From Nostoc sp. DedSLP01 (GTDB lineage Bacteria; Cyanobacteriota; Cyanobacteriia; Cyanobacteriales; Nostocaceae): a stretch of 54,483 nucleotides of DNA. Both the position numbers and the translations under genes were made by a program. Below are positions 21,690-31,411 of the stretch, one piece after another. The notes under the pieces are model-generated. The model had not been told where the DNA came from and made no database searches. It worked only from the letters and a program-made list of their open reading frames with translations. The DNA is taken from contig JAVRCJ020000045.1 in NCBI GenBank assembly GCA_034530875.2, forward strand, positions 1 through 54,483, in the 5' to 3' direction. Position 1 is the stretch's first letter. Each line of letters opens with the position of its first letter.

Positions 21690-22112
21690 GAACTTAGCGA
21701 TCGGGTAAGTCGTATTAAACAATGGAGATATAAGCTTATTTTTGAAGAATTAGCAGAGTATAGGCAACAGCTTGGCCTGACTCCAGCAGGTAGTGAAGAT
21801 GACCGTTCTACAATCGCAAAGCTAGAAATAGATGGTAGCGTATTTTTTGGTATCAGTGCAGGCAGTAATCCCAATCGCAGAAAGATTACACTTAAAGTAA
21901 ATCCAATTAGTCGCACACACGCTGAAGCTGATGCCTTTCAACAAGCCTTTGATGCAGGATTAAGAGGAGGGAAAGCGCGTTTAACAGTAGATCGGGATCT
22001 TTGTAGGGCGTGTGGTCAAAACGGAGGTGTGAAAGGAATGGCGAGACAGCTTGGTATAGAAGAAATAGAAGTTATCAGCCCTAGCGGTCGTCAGACAATT
22101 ACACTGATGTGA
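21690..22112 (+). CDS. Zinc-dependent deaminase toxin domain, no canonical start (possible ATT 21738, or pseudogene)
   Basis: Manual translation ...FEELAEYRQQLGL...THAEADAFQQA...VDRDLCRACGQNGG...*; HAE at 21918-21926, CxxC at 22002-22013. Confidence 0.85.
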   Translation, partial: ELSDRVSRIKQWRYKLIFEELAEYRQQLGLTPAGSEDDRSTIAKLEIDGSVFFGISAGSNPNRRKITLKVNPISRTHAEADAFQQAFDAGLRGGKARLTVDRDLCRACGQNGGVKGMARQLGIEEIEVISPSGRQTITLM

Positions 22113-22120
22113 GGTTAATT

Positions 22121-22534
22121 ATGTTTATCACAAAATTTTCAGTTGAAGATTGGATTGGTAATCAGAACAAGGGAAGTGTTAAGCAAGCGCATAGTTGGCA
22201 AGAAATAGAATCAGCTATTAGAGAACTAGACGCACATCACAAAACACTTGTAACTTTAGAAACAGATAGCGAAACTCACATGGCTGTGGGTGGTGGTTTA
22301 GGAAAATATATAGTGTATTTGACATTTGATAATGACAGTTTTCATTATCTTGTTGACCCATCTAAATCAGATATGGATGAATTCGTAATAGTTGGGGGTC
22401 AAGAAGGTGTTTATCCTGCTAAATCCTGTGTTGACTTGAATACAACCCTTAAAGCTGCTAAAGCTTTCGCAGAACTTGGAAGAATGGAAGAATCAGTTGA
22501 TTGGGAAAAAGATGAAGTTTTAGAGCGAGTATAA
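22121..22534 (+). CDS. Imm1-family immunity protein
   Basis: MAVGGG...VGGQEGVYPA...AAKAFAELGRM...W pattern; GAGG RBS; directly follows the deaminase stop. Confidence 0.75.
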   Translation: MFITKFSVEDWIGNQNKGSVKQAHSWQEIESAIRELDAHHKTLVTLETDSETHMAVGGGLGKYIVYLTFDNDSFHYLVDPSKSDMDEFVIVGGQEGVYPAKSCVDLNTTLKAAKAFAELGRMEESVDWEKDEVLERV

Positions 22535-22599
22535 CAAATAGTAAACGTGACGTAAAATCCTTGTTGCATTGCGTACCTTTGCGCTTCTCTCAGCATCCT

Positions 22600-22672
22600 A
22601 CCCTGCGGGAAGGCGTACTCCTACGGAGAAGCAAGCTACGCGTAGCGTCTCGTAGAGAAGCGCCTATGCGTT
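22600..22672. repeat. Nested small dispersed repeats
   Basis: ccctgcgggaag, ctcctacggagaag and gcgtagcgtctcgtagagaag mini-hairpin units. Confidence 0.6.
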
Positions 22673-22689
22673 TCAAAATCATTATAGAG

Positions 22690-22722
22690 CTTGACATTAA
22701 CATTAATGTCAAGGTTTAGCGT
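22690..22722 (+). promoter_or_regulatory. MerR-type (CoaR) operator/promoter of coaT
   Basis: TTGACA (22691-96), 20-bp spacer, TAGCGT (22717-22); perfect palindrome cttgacattaa-ca-ttaatgtcaag. Confidence 0.9.
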
Positions 22723-22749
22723 GAGAGAGTCCCCTTTAATTCACCTCTC

Positions 22750-24681
22750 ATGCTTTACCCACAACGTTTTACCCAATTCACCAGAGAACACGCAGATATC
22801 TTAGCAGCCTTCCTTTGTGGCTTGTTGTTATTTCTGGGCTGGTTCGCCTTGCATCTCGGCGCTTTGGGATTAGCGCTGCTGTTGCTACCGGCTGCTTACG
22901 TCATTGGTGGTTACGAAAGTGCGCGGGAGGGACTGACTACCCTTTTCAAAGAAAAAGAACTCGATGTAGATTTGCTAATGATTGTCGCCGCCATTGGTGC
23001 CGCAAGTTTGGGCTTATGGCGAAGAGAATATCATTTAATTATTGACGGGGCAATTTTGATTCTCATCTTTGCCATCAGTGGCGCACTAGAAGGCTATGCT
23101 ATGCAGCGAACTGAGCGCAGTATTCGGGCTTTGATGAATTTGACGCCAGATACAGCAAGGGTTTTACTTCAGGGAAGAGAAGAGGAAATTCCCATCAGTC
23201 AGCTAAAAGTTGGCGATGAAATTGTCGTCAAACCCGGAGAGTTAATTCCTACAGATGGAATTATCGCGTCTGGTTACAGCACTGTCAATCAAGCTGCAAT
23301 TACAGGCGAGTCTTTACCTGTAGAGAAAACAGTCGGTGCAGAAGTATTTGCTGGCACACTCAACGGTTATGGGGCATTGCAGATTCAAGTCCACAAACCA
23401 GCCCAAAGCAGTTTAATTCAGCGCGTGATTCGTTTGGTAGAACAAGCACAGACACAAGCACCTCCTTCTCAAGAATTTATCGATCGCTTTGAAAAAGGAT
23501 ATGCCAAAGTCATTGTAGTAGCTGGAATATTACTGGCAACTTTACCGCCATTCCTCTGGGGTTGGGATTGGGAAACTACTATTTATCGCGCCCTTACCTT
23601 CTTAGTAGTAGCTTCTCCCTGTGCGTTAATGGCTGCAATCATGCCCACCTTACTTTCAGGTATTGCCAACGGTGCAAGACAAGGGATTTTGTTTAAGAAT
23701 GGCGCACAGTTAGAAAAGATTGGCAAAGTTAGAGCGATCGCATTTGATAAAACTGGTACCCTCACAACAGGACAGGTGCAGGTATTCCAAGTAATTCCAA
23801 CTAGTGAATATACAAAGTACGATGTATTAAAAGCTGCTGCAAGTGTCGAATCTTCTTCCGAACATCCTATCGGCAAAGCAGTTGTGCAAGCTGCTGCTGA
23901 TTTGAATTGGGTTAGTGCAGCTGAAGTGCAAGCCATACCCGGACAGGGAATTGTGGGGATTGTCCAAGAACAACAGATAATTGTTGGCAATGCCGCTTTC
24001 GTGCAGCAGTATGTCACTAATTTACCTCAAGAATTGCAACAAATAGCTCAATGTTTCGAGCAAGAAGGTAAAACTGTCGTTTGGGTAGCAGAAGGAGCAG
24101 AGGAGCAGGGGAGCAGAGGGGCAGAGGTGATGGGTATTATTGCTATTGCAGATGAGGTGAGAGTACAAGCAGCGGCGACTATTAGCCGATTGAAGAAGTT
24201 GGGAGTTGAACAAATTGTTATGCTAACTGGGGATAATGAAGAAACTGCTCGTAGTGTCGCCAAAGCAGTGGGAATTGAGCAGGTGTATGCTCAACTCTTG
24301 CCAGAAGATAAGCTGCATGTTATTCGTGGTTTACAACAAAAGTATGAAACTGTCGCAATGGTGGGCGATGGTATTAATGATGCACCAGCTTTAGCGCAAG
24401 CATCTGTAGGTATAGCGATGGGAGGCGCGGGTAGCGATGTAGCATTAGAAACCGCAGATATAGTTTTGATGGCAGACAAGTTAGAAAAAATTGCTGTGGC
24501 GATACATTTGGGCAGGCGATCGCAACTCATAGTCAAACAGAATATAGTCGTAGCGTTGGGCTTTATTGTCTTGCTTTTAGCGGGCAACTTTCTGGGAAAT
24601 ATTAACTTACCCATTGGTGTCATTGGCCATGAAGGTTCCACAGTGTTAGTTACCCTCAGCGGCCTCAGGTTACTGAAGTAG
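22750..24681 (+). CDS. coaT: P1B-4 heavy-metal (cobalt) exporting ATPase
   Basis: SPC motif, DKTGT, TGES, GDGINDAP, C-terminal HEGS; paired with coaR. Confidence 0.92.
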   Translation: MLYPQRFTQFTREHADILAAFLCGLLLFLGWFALHLGALGLALLLLPAAYVIGGYESAREGLTTLFKEKELDVDLLMIVAAIGAASLGLWRREYHLIIDGAILILIFAISGALEGYAMQRTERSIRALMNLTPDTARVLLQGREEEIPISQLKVGDEIVVKPGELIPTDGIIASGYSTVNQAAITGESLPVEKTVGAEVFAGTLNGYGALQIQVHKPAQSSLIQRVIRLVEQAQTQAPPSQEFIDRFEKGYAKVIVVAGILLATLPPFLWGWDWETTIYRALTFLVVASPCALMAAIMPTLLSGIANGARQGILFKNGAQLEKIGKVRAIAFDKTGTLTTGQVQVFQVIPTSEYTKYDVLKAAASVESSSEHPIGKAVVQAAADLNWVSAAEVQAIPGQGIVGIVQEQQIIVGNAAFVQQYVTNLPQELQQIAQCFEQEGKTVVWVAEGAEEQGSRGAEVMGIIAIADEVRVQAAATISRLKKLGVEQIVMLTGDNEETARSVAKAVGIEQVYAQLLPEDKLHVIRGLQQKYETVAMVGDGINDAPALAQASVGIAMGGAGSDVALETADIVLMADKLEKIAVAIHLGRRSQLIVKQNIVVALGFIVLLLAGNFLGNINLPIGVIGHEGSTVLVTLSGLRLLK

Positions 24682-24726
24682 GGAAGCAAAAACACACAGG
24701 GCGTTGCACTTCTCCTACAAAGTAAA

Positions 24727-24764
24727 AAACCCACCAAATCTTGTGAAAGACTGGTGGGTTAAAA
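24727..24764. terminator. Hairpin between coaT and tRNA-Pro
   Basis: aacccacca...tggtgggtt stem flanked by A-runs. Confidence 0.6.
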
Positions 24765-24774
24765 ATTTCATTAA

Positions 24775-24848
24775 TCGGAGCGGCGGGATTTGAACCCACG
24801 ACCTCCACTACCCCAAAGTGGCGCGCTACCAAGCTGCGCTACGCCCCG
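24775..24848 (-). tRNA. tRNA-Pro(GGG)
   Basis: Reverse complement cggggcgtagcgcagcttggtagcgcgccact-ttGGGgt-agtggaggtcgtgggttcaaatcccgccgctccga. Confidence 0.97.
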
Positions 24849-24965
24849 GACAATCAATTTTGGATCTAAGATTTTGATTTTGGATTTTTCCAACTATAAA
24901 TCTTGAAACCCGTTTATTGACTTTTGTTATCCTAGCATGAAGAGCAACAAAAATCTAGATTTGTT

Positions 24966-25331
24966 TTAAAAAACTTTGAGCATCCCAGTGGCTTGTAATA
25001 AATCTGGAACCGCAAAAGCATCCCATTTCCCTTCTACACATCGCCCTGTATTGAGGATGAAACGCAGACTGTAGGCATGGGGATAGCCTTCTACTTCCAT
25101 CCATAATAAATCGCTTTCAGCTTCACAGGCTATTTTCTCCTCTTCCATTAATTCTGCTGTGAGTTGCTTCATTGTGTCTGCTAACTGTGCCAGTAGGCGG
25201 CAAAAATCATTCAACTCGGCTTCGGTTAACTCAATTGCCCAATCATCAGTACCTATTAAACCTTTAAATTCAGGTGCATCGGGGTTCCAGCCGATACGCC
25301 AACCATCTCCACTTTTGACAACGCGTTCCAT
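24966..25331 (-). CDS. DUF1818 family protein
   Basis: GDGWRIGWNP...LIGTDDWAIELT conserved cyanobacterial motif. Confidence 0.85.
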   Translation of the reverse strand: MERVVKSGDGWRIGWNPDAPEFKGLIGTDDWAIELTEAELNDFCRLLAQLADTMKQLTAELMEEEKIACEAESDLLWMEVEGYPHAYSLRFILNTGRCVEGKWDAFAVPDLLQATGMLKVF

Positions 25332-25384
25332 AAATTAGTTATGAGTAGAGACGCGATTAATCGCGTCTTTTAGAAGTAATTAAT

Positions 25385-25981
25385 TTACTTGAGTAATTCA
25401 GCACCTCCGCGTTGGGGTGGCTGTGGGGTTGTTGATGTAGTAGGCTTTGGTGTGGTGCTGGGATCGGAGGCTGGTGTATTTGGGGAAGTAGGATTAAATA
25501 TATCGACTAAAACTTGCACTAAAGCATTTCGCTGACTGCGAGTGAGGCGAGCGATCGCAGCTTTGTCGCCTTCTATAGGATTTTGCCGCAGTGTATCATT
25601 TCCTGGATAGCTAGTATCATACATAATTTCATTAACACCCAGGTAATCAGCTAAAGTTAGTTTCCAATCCAAGCGATAAATTGGGGCGCGTCCTTTGGTA
25701 TAAACGTGATATCTAATCAAGCGATTTGCTAGGGTATTATTTTCAGCAACTTTACCATTCTCTTTGCTGATATACTTATTTTCTCGAGGAAAATCTGGCA
25801 ATTTTTGGTAAACTATTTGCCAAACTTCACCGGGAGCAATTGTTTGTGTCATTCCAGGTTGGATAGTATATAACCCAGAAACCAAAACAATTAAACCCAC
25901 CATGAAAGCAAACAGTATTGCTGAGTACTGAGTTTTGAGTTTGGAAAAAACTGATTTCAAAAGAAATTTTCTCTTTTTCAT
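25385..25981 (-). CDS. Conserved exported hypothetical protein
   Basis: N-terminal TM; RLIRYH.Y.KGR...RLDWKLTLADYLG block. Confidence 0.8.
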   Translation of the reverse strand: MKKRKFLLKSVFSKLKTQYSAILFAFMVGLIVLVSGLYTIQPGMTQTIAPGEVWQIVYQKLPDFPRENKYISKENGKVAENNTLANRLIRYHVYTKGRAPIYRLDWKLTLADYLGVNEIMYDTSYPGNDTLRQNPIEGDKAAIARLTRSQRNALVQVLVDIFNPTSPNTPASDPSTTPKPTTSTTPQPPQRGGAELLK

Positions 25982-26093
25982 AGAACAATATTTTAGGCAT
26001 TGCTGAGTGAAAAGATGAATTTGCCTAATTCAGAATTATTGGAAAGACTTGGGTTAATCGCGTCTTTCCCAACTCAGCACTCAGCACTACTTT

Positions 26094-26330
26094 TTATAGT
26101 TCGCCAATAATTTCTGGCTGAGTCAATTCATCAGACATTTCGATGATTGCCCTGAGGACTGGTTTCATCATTGCATCTTCGTTACTTTCAAAGTCTTCAT
26201 AACGCCGACGCTTAGCACGATTCGCCACCTGAACCGTAATGCGGTAACGATTTGAGGCTGCATTAATCAAATCCTCAGCACGGTGCATAATCTGAGATTG
26301 AGTTGTCTCGAACTTAGAACGCTTGAGCAT
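26094..26330 (-). CDS. rpoZ: RNA polymerase omega subunit
   Basis: [15 protein letters not shown]...[14 protein letters not shown]. Confidence 0.95.
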   Translation of the reverse strand: MLKRSKFETTQSQIMHRAEDLINAASNRYRITVQVANRAKRRRYEDFESNEDAMMKPVLRAIIEMSDELTQPEIIGEL

Positions 26331-26483
26331 AATTAGTGGTTCTTGGGGTCATTCTCCAGTTTAACAGCACCAAATCAGTCTGCTAGCGTTTGTTTCACCG
26401 CCAGCAACCTTTCTGTTGATAGAGGCTAAGAGTATTTTAGTCACTTTATAAGTAACTTGTAGTATATTACGTGACTGACTCTC

Positions 26484-26903
26484 ATGGCTGACCTTGTGGA
26501 AACTGCGATCGCAGCAGGAAATTTCAATACGCTGGTAAAGGCTGTTGAAGCTGTAGATCTGATAGAAAGTCTCAAAAGTCCTGGTTCCTTGACAATCTTT
26601 GCACCCACTGACGAAGCTTTTGCCAAATTGCCAGAGGGAACTTTAGATTCGTTATTACAAGACATTCCCAAACTCAAAAAAATTGTGGCGTATCATGTCG
26701 CTAGTGGGGATGTCAGATCTGATGACTTGGCACAGATTGATGAAGCAGAGACCCTTGAAGGGTCAATTGTAGCCATTGAATCTAATAACGGCAAAATTAA
26801 GGTGAATGATGCCAATGTCGTTAAAATGGACATTTTGGCAGACAATGGCGTTATCCATATTATTGATGAAGTCTTGATACCTGCAATGGTGGCAGGTAAA
26901 TAA
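26484..26903 (+). CDS. Fasciclin (FAS1) domain protein
   Basis: TIFAPTDEAF and NGVIHIIDEVL motifs. Confidence 0.95.
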   Translation: MADLVETAIAAGNFNTLVKAVEAVDLIESLKSPGSLTIFAPTDEAFAKLPEGTLDSLLQDIPKLKKIVAYHVASGDVRSDDLAQIDEAETLEGSIVAIESNNGKIKVNDANVVKMDILADNGVIHIIDEVLIPAMVAGK

Positions 26904-26996
26904 GGGCGTTAGGAATGGGGAAAGGGGTAAAGGGGAAAGGTTAAATTTATTCCTTTTCCCTTTTCCCTTTAAGCTTTACCCCTGCTTCGCCAGTCC

Positions 26997-28454
26997 CTAG
27001 CCCAAAATACAGCCACTACGTTCGGGAATAGCTAAAGACAACTGCGGAGTTTCTCCTTGGCTATTCCACTCAACTTCAGCATTACCAAATAAGAGTTTCT
27101 TGGGTTGAGTGTGTAAACTGGCGACATCTACATGGGCTTTTGTGGAACTTGTCCCAGCGTTGACGGCAATTATCAATTCCTCTTTTCCTAAGGTTCGCGC
27201 AAAGATGTAAAGTTCTCCTTGAGCATAGAGGACTTGGTAATTACCTGTACGCAATGCTGGGTAAGTGTGGCGCAGGGCAATTAATTGGCGGTGAGTATTG
27301 TAAATTTCTCGATTCCAGTTAGTCTCTAAGGGAAAACCGCGACGTGAGTCTGGGTCTATGGCGCCAGGTAAGCCGACTTCATCGCCATAGTAGACACTGG
27401 AGGCGCCAGGAAAGGTGAGTAACAGTAAAGTTGATAATTCGATACTGGGTATATCGCCGCCAGCAATGGTCATCAATCGAGCTGTATCGTGACTTGCTAG
27501 CAAATTCAGTTGAGTCAGCTGAATTTCCCAAGGATAGAGTTCTAGTAATTCTTGGATTTTGCTGGCGTACTCGGCAGCAAATAAGGGTGGATAAGGTTTA
27601 TAGTCGCGGCTTTGCACTTGTTCTAAGACTACACGATCGCCAGCCGTAAAAGCAATTGTCGGGCCGGCAAACAAATAATTCATCACCCCATCAAATTGCG
27701 TGCCATCTAGCCACTCACGGGAATCTCCCCAGACTTCCCCAACAATGTAAGCTTCAGGATTGATGGCTTTGACGCGATCGCGAAATTCCTGCCAAAAACC
27801 AGGAGTCTTTATTTCAAATGGTACATCCAATCGCCAGCCATCAATGCCGAATTTAATCCAATATTCGGCAATTTCCATAATGTATTCCCGCACTTCTGGA
27901 TTGTCGTGGTTAAATTCTGGCAAGGCGCGATTTCCAGCCCAACCCACGTAGTTAGCAGGAAACTCGCCATTGTACGGTGAAACGGGCCAACCTTCGATTT
28001 TGAACCAATTTACCCACGGGGAATGAGGCCCGTTCTCTAAAACATCGTGGAAAAAGAAAAATCCGCGGCTGGAATGGTTGAAGACTCCATCGAGAACAAC
28101 TTTGATATCCCGTTCGTGGGCGGCGTCTAGTAATTCTTTAAAAGCTTCGTTGCCCCCTAGCATGGGGTCAACTTGATAATAATCATGGGTATGATAGCGG
28201 TGATTGCTGGCGGATTGAAAAATCGGTGTAAAGTAAATCGCGTTAACTCCCAGATCCTTGATGTAGTCTAAACCTTCAAGGATGCCCCATAAATCCCCGC
28301 CTTTATAACCTTGGAGTGTTGGCATTGCCTCCCAATCTTCCCAACGGGCTTCGTGCAACAGCCGTTTGCGTGGCTTTTTACTTCTAGCAAAGCGGTCTGG
28401 AAAAATTTGGTAGAAAACAGCGTGTTTCACCCAGTCTGGTGTTTGAATTTGCAT
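26997..28454 (-). CDS. GH13 neopullulanase/cyclomaltodextrinase-like enzyme
   Basis: YQIFPDRF, DGVFNH, GWRLDV, GEVW and SHD motifs. Confidence 0.95.
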   Translation of the reverse strand: MQIQTPDWVKHAVFYQIFPDRFARSKKPRKRLLHEARWEDWEAMPTLQGYKGGDLWGILEGLDYIKDLGVNAIYFTPIFQSASNHRYHTHDYYQVDPMLGGNEAFKELLDAAHERDIKVVLDGVFNHSSRGFFFFHDVLENGPHSPWVNWFKIEGWPVSPYNGEFPANYVGWAGNRALPEFNHDNPEVREYIMEIAEYWIKFGIDGWRLDVPFEIKTPGFWQEFRDRVKAINPEAYIVGEVWGDSREWLDGTQFDGVMNYLFAGPTIAFTAGDRVVLEQVQSRDYKPYPPLFAAEYASKIQELLELYPWEIQLTQLNLLASHDTARLMTIAGGDIPSIELSTLLLLTFPGASSVYYGDEVGLPGAIDPDSRRGFPLETNWNREIYNTHRQLIALRHTYPALRTGNYQVLYAQGELYIFARTLGKEELIIAVNAGTSSTKAHVDVASLHTQPKKLLFGNAEVEWNSQGETPQLSLAIPERSGCILG

Positions 28455-28881
28455 GATTACTCTCAGTGGCTTTAGAAGCAATCCTTGCAAATATTAGCTG
28501 ATTTGTGACTCTTACTTATGATAGAAAATTGTCATGGCGCATTGGGGATGGGGCATGGAAAGATTCTTTGCCATTTTTTATTTTTTATTCACAATTTCCC
28601 TGTGTTTTTTAAGCAAATATTATCAATAACAAGTATTTTTTTCGCAAAAAATTATTAATTAAACAAAATTTATATAATTTAATAACTTGAAATTCACATT
28701 TATCCGTAATGGCTTAGACAACTACTGAAGCAATTTTATAAATTATGAGTTATATCAAGTTGCATTCAATCAAATTACTAACAAAGGAAATTATAATTCA
28801 GAAGATCTGAATTCCTAGCTCCTAACTCTTAATTTCTAATTCATGACTCCTGACTCCTAACAAATTCAATTTGAGGCAAAA

Positions 28882-30609
28882 ATGAGACACGAAAAACTTT
28901 CTCCTGGATTACTTTTGGCATTTCAGGATTATCAAAATGAAGGAGAACAAGCTTTAGTTACCCATAGGCGATCGCTTGGTATTATTGCCCATAAAAGCAC
29001 GGTCAAGCCAACTAAGAGCGTCGTTTTTCTCTACTGTGACTCCGATGCAGACTTGAGTTATTTATCGCAATATAATATTGAAGTCAATCAAAATTCAGGC
29101 AGCGTCCGCACAGCTTTCTTACCACTAAATGCTTTGGATGTCTTATCTGAAGAAGATACGATTCAACGTATCAAACCATCACGCAAACTTCACCTACGGA
29201 TGGACGTTGCACAAGGAAAAGTCAAACTGCCGGAATTTAAAAACAAAACCGGACTAACTGGCAAGGGTGTAATTGTCGGCATTATAGATAGTGGCATTGA
29301 CCCAAAACATCCTGCCTTTGCCGGACGAATTTTACAGATTTGGGATCAAACACTTCCAGGCCCCGGAGTAGCAGAAGGCGGCTATGGGGCTGAATTTACG
29401 GGAACGCAACTGACAATTTCTCAAGATACCGACGGACATGGGACTCACGTTGCCGGCATTGCTGCTGGTGCAGACACTACCTACAGCGGTGTAGCACCAG
29501 AGGCGGAATTAGTCATTGTCAGGTCAGATTTACAGGATGCCCACATTGCTGATGCCGTTCGTTACATTTTCCGAGTTGCCAGGCAGTTGGGACGTCCAGC
29601 AGTAGTTAATCTCAGCGTAGGAGGACACGCTGATGCCCATGATGGTAGCGATTCCCTATCAAAAGTGATTGACTCCGAAACCGGCCCTGGCAGAATTGTT
29701 TGCTGTGCTGCGGGTAACGAAGGAAGTATGAACATTCACGGTCAAGCAACCATACCCGCTGGGCGTATCCGGGGAATGCGCTTTAATGTTCCTCTGAATC
29801 AAGTAGGTATAGTTTGGTTAAACGGTTGGTATTCCAAAGACGGTGAATTAGAAGTGTCGGTGCGCAGTCCCAACGGTTTTGTCAGCCCCTTCCAAAAAAT
29901 CATTGCTGGCGATAATCCTACCCAAGAATATCAGTTACCCGATGCACGGGTAGAAATAGTGACACCAGGCCCAGATAGAATCAACGGCGACCATAATTTC
30001 TTTGTACAAATCCGCGGTAACGGCCCTTCGCAAGTCATGGGAGGTGTTTGGCAATTGCGCCTACGTAATAATTCTACAACTGATGCACGCGTGGATGTGT
30101 GGGCATTAGACGATCGCTCTTCCGTCTTTTTTACAGGCAAAAGTGTCAAAGATACCTTGAAAATTGGTTCGCCGGGAACCGCTAGCAGTGCAATTACAGT
30201 CGCCGCTTATACTACCAAAGCTGAGTACACAGATATTGATAATCAAGTACGAGAAATGGGCTTAGATTTGGATACTATTTCGGAATTTAGCAGTGAAGGC
30301 CCATTGCGAAATGATGCCCAAAAGCCCGATATAGCAGCACCGGGAGCAATGATTGTTTCCACACTTTCTGCCGATGCTACTTGCGATCGTTCTTCAATGA
30401 TTAATTCTAAATTTATGGTAATGGCTGGTACGAGTATGGCAACACCTTTCGTCACTGGATTAGTGGCCTTACTGTTACAGCGCGACCCCCAACTCGAACC
30501 TGCTGCTTTGAAAGATCTGCTACGTAAAAATAGTGCAATTCCCGGAAAACCTCCAGGCACATTTGATGAAAAATGGGGTTATGGAATGATTAATACAGCA
30601 AATCTATAA
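28882..30609 (+). CDS. S8 subtilisin-like serine protease, no obvious signal peptide
   Basis: IIDSG, HGTHVAG, AAGN and GTSMATP catalytic motifs. Confidence 0.95.
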   Translation: MRHEKLSPGLLLAFQDYQNEGEQALVTHRRSLGIIAHKSTVKPTKSVVFLYCDSDADLSYLSQYNIEVNQNSGSVRTAFLPLNALDVLSEEDTIQRIKPSRKLHLRMDVAQGKVKLPEFKNKTGLTGKGVIVGIIDSGIDPKHPAFAGRILQIWDQTLPGPGVAEGGYGAEFTGTQLTISQDTDGHGTHVAGIAAGADTTYSGVAPEAELVIVRSDLQDAHIADAVRYIFRVARQLGRPAVVNLSVGGHADAHDGSDSLSKVIDSETGPGRIVCCAAGNEGSMNIHGQATIPAGRIRGMRFNVPLNQVGIVWLNGWYSKDGELEVSVRSPNGFVSPFQKIIAGDNPTQEYQLPDARVEIVTPGPDRINGDHNFFVQIRGNGPSQVMGGVWQLRLRNNSTTDARVDVWALDDRSSVFFTGKSVKDTLKIGSPGTASSAITVAAYTTKAEYTDIDNQVREMGLDLDTISEFSSEGPLRNDAQKPDIAAPGAMIVSTLSADATCDRSSMINSKFMVMAGTSMATPFVTGLVALLLQRDPQLEPAALKDLLRKNSAIPGKPPGTFDEKWGYGMINTANL

Positions 30610-30894
30610 TTAGAGCGACAGACGCGATATATTTAATACAATAAATACATCGCGTCTTTTGAGAGTTATAGAAGGCGATCGCTTAATTTCCGTTATTAGT
30701 TAATATCTGGATTGATTGCTAAAGCTCTAACTACTAGCATATTGGGACTTTAGACATAGTAATAAATCTGTAATCAGATTCAAAAGCGAATATATTACAT
30801 CTGTAGAAAGATAGTCAATAAAAATCTGTAAATTTGATAGCTTGGTTATAGAGTGGGCAATTTTTTGACCGCTTCTTTTTACCAAGGAATTGTT

Positions 30895-31194
30895 ATGAAT
30901 TATCAAAAGCTAGACGCTGCCCTTGCTACAGCGCTCAATGATGTTCAAAACCCCCAGCAAGCGAGTTTAACTGTCTTCATTCACACCGAACCAACTTTAG
31001 ACTCAGCAGCGATCGCTATTTTAGAAAGTTTGGGCGTTAGTGGTGTTACTAGCGGTCAAGATATTTTTACAGCAACACTGTCACCAAACGCCATTTCTCA
31101 GTTATCAGAGCAATCTTGGGTGAAGCATTTGAAGCGATCGCAACAATTGCATTTGGTCAATGCTAGGAGGACTTTAGGTAGCTTCAGAGTTTGA
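30895..31194 (+). CDS. Small protein resembling the S8 prodomain
   Basis: YQKLDAAL...TATLSPNAISQLSEQSWVKHLKRSQQLHL aligns with the neighbouring protease N-terminus. Confidence 0.75.
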   Translation: MNYQKLDAALATALNDVQNPQQASLTVFIHTEPTLDSAAIAILESLGVSGVTSGQDIFTATLSPNAISQLSEQSWVKHLKRSQQLHLVNARRTLGSFRV

Positions 31195-31411
31195 AATAAT
31201 GCCACCAAAATAATTGTTAACCGTTCGCCCTCCAGTTTGAAGATTTAATAATACATTTGTTCTGCTTAGGCGCTCGTTGATTAGACGGTATCATTGATTA
31301 TCATCAGGATTTTTAAAATTCATTCCTGAGATTATTCGATCCCCCCTTATCAGCGGCTACATACAGTCCTAAACTGAAGATGAGAGTTGAAAGGCAGCTG
31401 GGAGAAATTTT

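Noticed and set aside
21602..21916. 104-aa minus-strand ORF
   Set aside because: Antisense shadow of the deaminase frame
24775..24848. tRNA-Pro as integration site for the coa/deaminase region
   Set aside because: No integrase or duplicated tRNA end found
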